From the IMG/VR virus record IMGVR_UViG_3300032250_000366, positions 1 through 56,624 of that record: a stretch of DNA of 56,624 nucleotides. One strand, 5' to 3'. The DNA is from a virus. Its lineage: Duplodnaviria > Caudoviricetes. Below the pieces are notes generated by a model. The model had not been told where the DNA came from. It did not search any database and saw only the letters and a list, made by a program, of their open reading frames with translations. The first letter of the stretch is position 1. Each line of letters opens with the position of its first letter. Made by a program: the position numbers and the translations under genes. Below are positions 28,584 to 36,094 of this stretch, piece after piece.

Positions 28584-29591
28584 TTAAAAAGCAGAAACTA
28601 ATTTTTTAATTTTATTTTTTTCTGCGGTAATGATTGGGTCAAATCCTGATGCACCTGCCATAAGTGTTTCAGAATTTCCACGACCTGAACGATAGTAATC
28701 AAGGCGCTCAGTTAGCGCATTGAATGCGCCCCACTTTGTTCCCTTGATTGTGGCGTTAGTTGGTGAGTTATGATAAAGGTCATCAAGCAAGACAACTTTA
28801 TTTTCCCACTTAGTAAGCGCAACTTTTGCAGCATCATCAGCAGGCTTTGGATAAATTGTCTGAATCAACTTTGAAAATTCAGCATCGGTGATTGACTGGT
28901 TAAACATCGCCTGCGCTTCCTTTTCAAATTCATCAAAGTAACCAAGAGCAAGACCAAGAGTCTCACGAGCAACTTGAATGCGACCTTCAACAGATTGCGT
29001 GTGGCGAATCTTGAAAGATTGCTTGGCCTGCTTCATTGCAAGGTTAAGAGTGTTTTGGCATACAACACGAACAGGAGTAACAGCAGCCTGAACAGCAACA
29101 GAGCCGTCGTGTGATGTCCATACGATTAGATAAAGTTTAGTTTCATCGTTGGCGCCTTGTGGGTCAAGAACCATGGTGCGAGGAATTTCAACAGTACCAA
29201 ATACAACTTTACCCTTACGCAATGAGCCAGCAGATTCCCAGCGGCAGTCAGCGTTGGCATCATGAATTGCATCAGCGAATGCAAACAATTCTTCATTCTG
29301 CACAGGCTTGTAGCGCTTGCCAACAGTTGCAAGAACATCAGTTCCGCCATTGAATGGATTATCACGCAACACGAGAGATGCAGTAGAAACATCATTCCAT
29401 GATTCTGGAATGTGCTCAGCGATTGGAGAAAGACGAACATTCCAATTTGCCAACTTTGCTTCTTCAAGCATTAGGGCAGTTGTAACTTCTTCGTCTTTTG
29501 TAAAAATACGGTTTGCAAGATTGTGCCAAGCAGGAGCGCCACGCAACGCAAATGCAACTTCGCCGTTTTCAACTTCGAGATTGTGAGCCAT
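28584..29591 (-). CDS. DUF932-family protein
   Basis: MAHNLE...PAWH, YKPVQNEELF, ESAGSL, TSHDGS, TPVRVVCQNTL, RHT, GTKWGAFNALTE. Confidence 0.85.
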   Translation of the reverse strand: MAHNLEVENGEVAFALRGAPAWHNLANRIFTKDEEVTTALMLEEAKLANWNVRLSPIAEHIPESWNDVSTASLVLRDNPFNGGTDVLATVGKRYKPVQNEELFAFADAIHDANADCRWESAGSLRKGKVVFGTVEIPRTMVLDPQGANDETKLYLIVWTSHDGSVAVQAAVTPVRVVCQNTLNLAMKQAKQSFKIRHTQSVEGRIQVARETLGLALGYFDEFEKEAQAMFNQSITDAEFSKLIQTIYPKPADDAAKVALTKWENKVVLLDDLYHNSPTNATIKGTKWGAFNALTERLDYYRSGRGNSETLMAGASGFDPIITAEKNKIKKLVSAF

Positions 29592-29710
29592 ATATTTATT
29601 ACCTTTCGTTTGATTAGTTGTAAGTATAACAGACCCCACTGACATTGTCTAGGATTAGTTACTATATGTCCGATTTGATCCATGTGAGTAATCTCACAAA
29701 ATTCCAGGGG

Positions 29711-29742
29711 TTTTCCACAAGCTCACTTAAACCTGTGGATAA
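29711..29742. promoter_or_regulatory. inverted DnaA-box pair
   Basis: TTTTCCACA-N14-TGTGGATAA. Confidence 0.7.
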
Positions 29743-29774
29743 CCCCGCACATTATTGCGGGCCAAAAAATAAGC

Positions 29775-29794
29775 GGGGCAGAATTAACTGCCCC
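29775..29794 (-). terminator. intrinsic terminator
   Basis: GGGGCAG-N6-CTGCCCC followed by TTATTTTTT on - strand. Confidence 0.7.
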
Positions 29795-29800
29795 ACCTAT

Positions 29801-30028
29801 TTACTTGTACAATGATTTTACGTAATTTACTGTTTCCATAGTAACAAACGCCGCTGATGTTTTCTTTTTATTTTTTTGATCATAGACAAAAGCTTTAACA
29901 TTTCCATCAAACCGCTTTAGGTTTGAGAATACAAGTTCTTTGAGGCTTTCATTATCGTAGCCCTCATCTGAATAGATTGTTAAATCATTTGCTTTTACTT
30001 CGTCGTACATTTCAATCTTGAAACGCAT
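29801..30028 (-). CDS. hypothetical protein
   Basis: ORF track. Confidence 0.65.
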   Translation of the reverse strand: MRFKIEMYDEVKANDLTIYSDEGYDNESLKELVFSNLKRFDGNVKAFVYDQKNKKKTSAAFVTMETVNYVKSLYK

Positions 30029-30062
30029 TTCTTTACCTTTGTTAGTAGTTGTCCCCGAAGGG

Positions 30063-30090
30063 AGAGCAGTTTGGCGACATACTCAGGTCG
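30063..30090 (-). ncRNA. small H-type pseudoknot motif, copy 3
   Basis: CGAC-C-TGAGTA-T-GTCG-CCAAAC-TGCTCT. Confidence 0.6.
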
Positions 30091-30099
30091 TTGGATTAT

Positions 30100-30516
30100 T
30101 TAGAGATACTTAGCAATTTGCTTCATTGTAGAAGCATTAACTGTTTCCTCATCTGTCATCTTGAGAATTGTGAGAGCGTTTGTGATGTCCTCTACAATTT
30201 CATTGTATGTGTGCTGGTGCATGATTGTGAAATCACGCTCTGGCTCTTTAGGGAAATCGCTTTCCTTTACAATTAAATCAAAATCAACATTGAGAGAGTT
30301 GTTCCAAGAGCGATAGTTTGTGCGGAAGTTTTCAGCCTTCTTGATGTTTGCAATAGCAAAATCTTGAACTTCCTTGCGCCACTTCTCTCTTGCCTTCTCA
30401 TACTTTGCTTCGTTTGCACCTTGCTCAGCATAGTCTTTCTTGATTGTTGCTAACTTTGTTTCCAAAGCCTTGATTACCTTTGGTGTTGCCACCTTTACTG
30501 TGATTGCTCTTGACAT
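30100..30516 (-). CDS. hypothetical protein
   Basis: ORF track; AACGAAAGAGG leader. Confidence 0.75.
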   Translation of the reverse strand: MSRAITVKVATPKVIKALETKLATIKKDYAEQGANEAKYEKAREKWRKEVQDFAIANIKKAENFRTNYRSWNNSLNVDFDLIVKESDFPKEPERDFTIMHQHTYNEIVEDITNALTILKMTDEETVNASTMKQIAKYL

Positions 30517-30650
30517 TTTTCCTCTTTCGTTGGTTGGTTGATGTTATGAGTAGTATAGCAGGGGGGTCTGACAAACCCCGTAGGGTGGAAGTTCTTACTT
30601 AGGACATTGTGCGAGATACTTCCGAAACTGCACCTGTTTCCATTATTTAG

Positions 30651-30830
30651 TTATGATGCCAAAGTGCTTGCTGATACTGATGTCCAGCGAGTTTCCTTGT
30701 TTGGCATTTCTAGCAACACACGCACCGAGCCAGATGCTTGTGGGTGGATTTCTTTAATCACACCTGTCTTTTTTGACTTTAGGGTGGTGAATAAATCTCC
30801 AACCTGATACAACTTATCTTGTACTGTCAT
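30651..30830 (-). CDS. small SH3/KOW-like protein
   Basis: Start MTVQDK; YQVGDLF...TGVIKEI...VRVLL. Confidence 0.55.
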   Translation of the reverse strand: MTVQDKLYQVGDLFTTLKSKKTGVIKEIHPQASGSVRVLLEMPNKETRWTSVSASTLAS

Positions 30831-31062
30831 TTGCTTCCTTCTTTCTGTGTAGGGTAGTATTGTAGCATTAGGGACTGACATCTATCAACCCCTATCTCAT
30901 TATTTGAGAAAGTTATTGTGTGATTAGTATCACAAGTAGTCGGTTAAGTCTTGATCCATTATCTCATTGACATCTACGCCTTGAGATTCTGCAATTGCAT
31001 CCCATAGGTCGGACTCCGTGAAGTCTCCGCTAGGGTGCATCTCAGCTAAGATAGAATAAAGA

Positions 31063-31338
31063 TTACTCATCGTAGTCCTCCTGTGGTAGCCATGCGTCTA
31101 AGTGGTGAGCATCAACGATAGCCGATGCGGGGCATGAGTCTTGCCCACGCCATAAGATACCGCCAGGCAAGTCAATCATTCTATCGTAGTCCTCCTCATA
31201 GTATGCATCAATAGCATCTATGCAAGGTTGCACCATAGCAACGGGGACGGGTGGGTAATGATTACCCTGTAAGTGATAAGCAAGTCCTGCCTCTAGTGAT
31301 AAGTCATCTGCAAGTGATAATGCTGTTGTGTATCCCAT
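31063..31338 (-). CDS. hypothetical protein
   Basis: Start MGYTTAL; HLQGNHYPPVP motif. Confidence 0.65.
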   Translation of the reverse strand: MGYTTALSLADDLSLEAGLAYHLQGNHYPPVPVAMVQPCIDAIDAYYEEDYDRMIDLPGGILWRGQDSCPASAIVDAHHLDAWLPQEDYDE

Positions 31339-31340
31339 TA

Positions 31341-31565
31341 TTAGTTTCCCTTCGTGATAGATAGTTCTGCCCAAGAAAAACCTGTATTAGCAACTGTTAA
31401 TACATCTGCAATTGCTAGTGCAGAGTGTGTTGCTTCTGAACACATCTTTACAAGTTCATCCTCAGATAAAGATAATAGGGCTGGAAGTAGATTAGAGTCA
31501 ATCTTATCTAGGTCAATAGTAGCAACAAACTCTACTGTGTGTGGTACTGTCATTACATTACTCAT
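31341..31565 (-). CDS. hypothetical protein
   Basis: ORF track; AACGAAAGG leader. Confidence 0.65.
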   Translation of the reverse strand: MSNVMTVPHTVEFVATIDLDKIDSNLLPALLSLSEDELVKMCSEATHSALAIADVLTVANTGFSWAELSITKGN

Positions 31566-31676
31566 GTTATGCCTTTCGTTGTTGGTATAAGAGTATTATA
31601 GCGTATGGGTCCGACATTACCTAATCCATTTACGGCGTGTCGCAGCTTTTGTGAGAATGATCACAAAATTCCAGGG

Positions 31677-31708
31677 TTATCCACACCTCTACTTAAACCT
31701 GTGGATAA
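31677..31708. promoter_or_regulatory. inverted DnaA-box pair
   Basis: TTATCCACA-N14-TGTGGATAA, both perfect. Confidence 0.75.
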
Positions 31709-32094
31709 ACCCTCACATATGTGCGGGTGCCGACTTTGTCAAGTCGACACACCTTTACATTTTATAAAACATGTATCCAATTAAAATAAATGGGGCCACT
31801 GATATTAATATCAAAACGGATCCGCCAATTGCACCGATTACATCATACAATTTCTTTCCCCTTGTGTTTAACCTTTCGCCTATATTTCTTTTTATTGCGT
31901 ACAGGTTGCGCCGCATTGCTACGGCGTAACTCTTGTATTCGTTTTACTTTATCTTTAAGGCTCATTTATCCACTCCGCCAATTCTTGTAAATCTTGCTCA
32001 CACGCACACGCAGAAATTTCTATCATGTCTTCATGCTGAACAATAAACGCCGAGTCATTACAAGCCTCGCAATAAATAGCTGACATTTCTAAAA

Positions 32095-32289
32095 TCATTT
32101 TTCTACCTTTCCAAAAATTGTTGTGTAGTTGCTAGCTTCGTGAAATCTTACAACATCAAAACGCGGATTATCTTTTGCAAACATCTCCGCAAAATCATTT
32201 ACGATTTTAGAAAATAGCGCTGGATGTGTTTTGTTGCTTGCATACTTTAAAATTTCTGCAGTTGCTACATAGTCTTTGCGAGTCATCAT
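32095..32289 (-). CDS. hypothetical protein
   Basis: MMTRKDYV...DNPRFD-x2-RF. Confidence 0.65.
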   Translation of the reverse strand: MMTRKDYVATAEILKYASNKTHPALFSKIVNDFAEMFAKDNPRFDVVRFHEASNYTTIFGKVEK

Positions 32290-32489
32290 TTTTGTGTAAC
32301 CTTTCCATTTCGGTAGAAGTTCTTAGTGTAAAGTTTTCCGCTAGGGATTAAAAGATTTACAGTTGAGTATTCGTTAGCCCAGCCCCAATCAACAAATGCA
32401 AGAAATGCGGTAAATGCTTCTAGAGCGTCCTCATAGTTCTTGTTGAAGTGGATAGGGTTGCCATCATAGGCGACAGTTATTTGGTACAT
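32286..32489 (-). CDS. hypothetical protein
   Basis: ORF track; AACGAAAGGG leader. Confidence 0.65.
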   Translation of the reverse strand: MYQITVAYDGNPIHFNKNYEDALEAFTAFLAFVDWGWANEYSTVNLLIPSGKLYTKNFYRNGKVTQK

Positions 32490-32825
32490 AGGTTTTCCCT
32501 TTCGTTTGTTATTTGGAAATTATAGCAGAGGGGTCTGACAAATTAGAGGGCGCCTTCTTGAAATAAGCCTATCTCAAGAGTGAGCAATTCCTCTGGGGTG
32601 GCTTGATCCAAATCCACCCACCCAGCGCCTTCATCATCAAGGCGGAAAAATTCAATGTGTCCCATTAGTGTTGTTCCTCGCAATCTTTAGAATAATCAAA
32701 CTCGCAAAAGTAGCAACCCATAAACTCTAGGTGTTCCTCGCAATAATACTTAAACTGACTTTCATCACAGCAAAAAAATTGCTCATCTGCGATTTCATAG
32801 AAATCGGTTTTATCAATTATGTTCA

Positions 32826-33026
32826 TTAGTCACCAACCTTCACCGCTACATAACGGTATGTATCTTTAATCGAATTAGTAGGGCGCACCTGCACCTTGTA
32901 AGTGTCTGCACCTGAATACCAGACATCATCATTTTTTTCGGCTGAGATAATCTCGCCTTTTACGGAATTAGAGTAATACATTTTTCCCACTAGGAGACTT
33001 TCGACATTATAGACATTTGCTGACAT
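32826..33026 (-). CDS. hypothetical protein
   Basis: ORF track; AACGAAAGG leader. Confidence 0.65.
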   Translation of the reverse strand: MSANVYNVESLLVGKMYYSNSVKGEIISAEKNDDVWYSGADTYKVQVRPTNSIKDTYRYVAVKVGD

Positions 33027-33763
33027 TAGTTGTCACCTTTCGTTTGTGTGTTTGTAATTGTAGCAGAGAGGACTGACAAGGCTTGAGCCGTTGAGGCCTT
33101 GCGTGTTGCCTCTACATGGGCACGGAACTCGTCTAGGTTCATTACTGACCTTCTTTCGTTGTTGTTATAGTAGTATTATAGCCTATGGCACTGACATTTA
33201 TGACATTACTAGCCAGTAAGTCCAAGATGTGAGACGCTCAAGCAATGTGTTTTACATCACATCAAAATGTCCTAATTGTCTGTCAAATCGACACGCCGCA
33301 GAATTCGGGGGATTTTATAACTTGTTCATAACGACACGCCCGACCCCGTAGCTATGTGGGGGATGCCGACTTTTGTCAAGTCGACACGCCGTATTTATTT
33401 AATTTTATCTAGAATCTTTTCTAGTTCTTTTAATTGTTCTAGGTTAAGGTGATCTAGTTGAATCGCTTTCTCAAATCCGAATAGGTCTTCCATTAGTTAC
33501 CCTTTCTTAGTTCTCTAAAGTCTTCTTTTACCATGTGCCACATCATGAGCCCCATGTAGAGGGCGGGGATAGCAATAGCCAATTGCACTAGGCTAGTTAG
33601 TAGTCTATTCATTAGTTAGTTACCTCTAGCAATTCTCTATGTGCATCTCCATTGTTAGAACACTCATAGCAGTAGGTCTCGGTAGGCACACCCAATAGAA
33701 AAGCATCTACACCGCTATAGACTAGTTCGGTTGAATCGCATACATCTATCTTACATTTTCTCA

Positions 33764-33931
33764 TTAGTTCCCTACCTTTATGTTCTGAATGTTAGCGGTG
33801 AATTTTGTTTTCTTACCTAGGTCGCTATCGTTAAGAGATGCTATTAGGTGGTCAATAGCCTTGACCTCATGCGCTACATTGTCGATAGATAGTAAGCGAG
33901 AGCCTTGCCAAATTGAGTAGGTGATAGTCAT
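33764..33931 (-). CDS. hypothetical protein
   Basis: Start MTITYSIW after GGGAG. Confidence 0.55.
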   Translation of the reverse strand: MTITYSIWQGSRLLSIDNVAHEVKAIDHLIASLNDSDLGKKTKFTANIQNIKVGN

Positions 33932-33933
33932 TA

Positions 33934-34113
33934 TTAGTTCTCCCATGTTAGTGTGAATAGTTTGGCTAGTTCTTCATCATCTGCATCATCAAAATCATCA
34001 ACGGGTGGTTGTTCGGTTTCTTCTTCATCTAGGTAAGAGTATGCGTCTGCAACATCTGATTGAATAGTGTCCCACTTAGAGACCGAGTTACTTTCGTATG
34101 AGTATGCGTACAT
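33934..34113 (-). CDS. small acidic protein (59 aa)
   Basis: MYAYSYESNSVSKWDTIQSDVADAYSYLDEEETEQPPVDDFDDADDEELAKLFTLTWEN. Confidence 0.6.
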   Translation of the reverse strand: MYAYSYESNSVSKWDTIQSDVADAYSYLDEEETEQPPVDDFDDADDEELAKLFTLTWEN

Positions 34114-34211
34114 TTTTTTCTTCTTTCGTTAGTTCGTTATGTTGTAATTATAGCGTATAGGTCGGACATTTAAGGGACTTAGGGGGGTGTGTCTATGTGA
34201 TTCGCATCACA

Positions 34212-34367
34212 TTAGATGCAAGCGACACACTCGCAACCCTTAGAGCGGATTAGGTACTTTAGTACCTCTTTACGGGTGTATGTGTCTAATCCATAAGATG
34301 ATGACACGCCACCATTGTGATACTCATGCACGATAGTGCTAAAGAGTTGTTCTGTAAGTTGAGCCAT
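34212..34367 (-). CDS. first gene of the early region (51 aa, Cys-rich end)
   Basis: MAQLTEQLFSTIVHEYHNGG...GCECVACI; AACGAAAGGAG leader. Confidence 0.6.
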   Translation of the reverse strand: MAQLTEQLFSTIVHEYHNGGVSSSYGLDTYTRKEVLKYLIRSKGCECVACI

Positions 34368-34634
34368 TTTATGACTCCTTTCGTTTGTTTGTTATAGTAT
34401 AAGCGTAACACGGGGGACTGACAAATAGCAACTCCAAATTCGGACATTATGGACAAATCAAAAAAATACTTTGTGATGCTCATCACATTGACCATATGCT
34501 CACGCTCAATATGTGCGGACTATCCCAAATGTCCGTTTCTATAAAATACGTGTATCGTACAAATTAAAAATTTATTAACATTTTGTGAAATTTCAAATAG
34601 TAGTTGACTGAACTTATAATGCTATACTGTTTAT

Positions 34635-35258
34635 ATGAGGAACCGTTATCCAAAAACAATAACAATAGTATCCTCGACGGGATCTGGAAATATTTTTGCA
34701 CAAGAGCTTATAAGCAAAAATCTAAAGGTAAATACAAGGTGGGTCTACCATGATTTAAATCAAGCTGACAAAAATGGAGTAAATTTAGTTTTTATAAGAA
34801 ACCCATATGACAATATAGCATCTGCTTCAGAGATACAGTTTGATATATACACAGAAAAAGAAAAAGAAATCTTTATCAATCGCTTTGAGGTAATTGATAA
34901 TAAAATAGAGTCTATATTATTAGACTATCAAAAATATACAGAATATTCAAAAAGCATGGACTATATTACTCCAGTGACATTTGAGCTTTTGACAGAAACG
35001 CCAGATCAGTTTTTAGAGTACATATCAAAAAAATTTGATATGGATTACCAACAAAAGAGGGTTGGCGGGGAGGAAGTAAAAGCTACCATTACTGCTGGAG
35101 ATAAGTTTAATAATAGGGTTCCTAGGCCGAAGACTCCATTGCGTAAACAAATAGATTTGAGGGTGTCGCAAAATAAATTAATTGCGGAAGAATATGCTAG
35201 GTACCTTGAGTACAAAGCCATACTGCAGTCAACTGAAAGACTTAGCATCAATTCGTGA
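34635..35258 (+). CDS. sulfotransferase-like protein
   Basis: SSTGSGN loop, FIRNPYDNIAS, VTFELL-x3-P. Confidence 0.5.
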   Translation: MRNRYPKTITIVSSTGSGNIFAQELISKNLKVNTRWVYHDLNQADKNGVNLVFIRNPYDNIASASEIQFDIYTEKEKEIFINRFEVIDNKIESILLDYQKYTEYSKSMDYITPVTFELLTETPDQFLEYISKKFDMDYQQKRVGGEEVKATITAGDKFNNRVPRPKTPLRKQIDLRVSQNKLIAEEYARYLEYKAILQSTERLSINS

Positions 35259-35271
35259 TATAATTTATACT

Positions 35272-35922
35272 ATGTACGAGCAAATTAGAGATGAAAAGCT
35301 ACCAATCACAGATAACATTACTAAGCTAGTTCTAGAGGCTAAGTTAAACAATCAGCCATTTGCTGTATTAAAAGGCGGAGTAAAAAACGTATTCACAAAA
35401 GAGCACTTTGATAAATATAACGAGCACATAAAAAATGACTACTACTCTGGTACTTACAGATCTAGAGCGGTAATAAAAGACGAAGATTTAAATTTTTTCC
35501 CAATGTGGTATCAGATTCAAAAAGCTCTAATTAAAATTTATGGCAATCCTACTCAACCATACAATAGCATAATGCAAACTGGTGAGCATGCAATAGGCAA
35601 GGTTCACGCAAGTTTACATCGTGATAGATCTGATGTTGTACATTTGTGTTGCTACGGCACAGTTGAATGGCTACTGGTTGATGTAGAGAAAAAAGAAGAG
35701 CATCGCATAACAATGGAACCTGGTGATGTTCTATATATGAGAGGCTACACTTTGCATGAGACTGTCCCTAGATCTCATAGAGGATCTTTAGTGTTTATGA
35801 ATTTGCCTCTAGAAGAGTTTCCAGAGATAGATCCAAAAACTTTTAAAACTGAAGAAGAGCTAGAAGAGTTTAAAAGAAAGCAGCGTCTGCAATTTTTAGA
35901 CGACCTAGAAAAAGGAATTTAA
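35272..35922 (+). CDS. cupin/JmjC-like 2OG-Fe(II) oxygenase
   Basis: HRD...GTVEW...MEPGDVLYM...HE; leaderless start at 35272. Confidence 0.7.
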   Translation: MYEQIRDEKLPITDNITKLVLEAKLNNQPFAVLKGGVKNVFTKEHFDKYNEHIKNDYYSGTYRSRAVIKDEDLNFFPMWYQIQKALIKIYGNPTQPYNSIMQTGEHAIGKVHASLHRDRSDVVHLCCYGTVEWLLVDVEKKEEHRITMEPGDVLYMRGYTLHETVPRSHRGSLVFMNLPLEEFPEIDPKTFKTEEELEEFKRKQRLQFLDDLEKGI

Positions 35923-35968
35923 TTTTAGTTAATATTGCAGTCAACTGAAAATATGCTATAATAGATTT

Positions 35969-36088
35969 ATGAAATGCAACTTTTGCGAAAACCCAAAGTA
36001 CGTAGAGCGTATTAACTCTAAAGGTGTACTTGAAAATTTTTGCGTGAGCTGCATAAACAAATTAACGTCGGCAAACCGAATACGCTAG
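35969..36088 (+). CDS. small zinc-finger protein (39 aa)
   Basis: MKCNFC...FCVSC; TGCTATAAT-N6-ATG. Confidence 0.55.
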   Translation: MKCNFCENPKYVERINSKGVLENFCVSCINKLTSANRIR

Positions 36089-36094
36089 TCCCAA

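Larger units (their letters stand above)
23536..33361 (+). repeat. dispersed tripartite element, 8 copies: WTTCCAG(+0), CKTAAA-like (+24/25), CCC (+41-43), optional GCGGG (+53-56)
   Basis: Copies start at 23536, 23704, 24428, 26593, 28402, 29701, 31668, 33303; all intergenic, same orientation. Confidence 0.7.
25205..34423 (-). promoter_or_regulatory. 14 TGTCRG-N10-TANNNT promoters (PafBC/RecA-NDp type)
   Basis: 22-bp sites on - strand at 25205, 25736, 26508, 28201, 28369, 29623, 30552, 30859, 31595, 32519, 33057, 33175, 34147 (TGTCCG variant), 34402. Confidence 0.85.
26548..34487. promoter_or_regulatory. CRP/GlxR-type boxes TGTGA-N6-TCACA
   Basis: Perfect at 29683, 30919, 31650, 34196, 34472; 9/10 at 28420, 33246; 8/10 at 26548, 26575. 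Confidence 0.75.

Noticed and set aside
31736-33379. TTGACA on - strand (TGTCAA at ~31737 and ~33374) as sigma70 -35 elements
   Set aside because: No TANNNT at 16-19 nt spacing; treated as part of the GACAC-containing block
23536-34487. CRISPR array suggested by recurring intergenic repeats
   Set aside because: Repeats are degenerate, hundreds to thousands of bp apart and separated by genes; no cas genes
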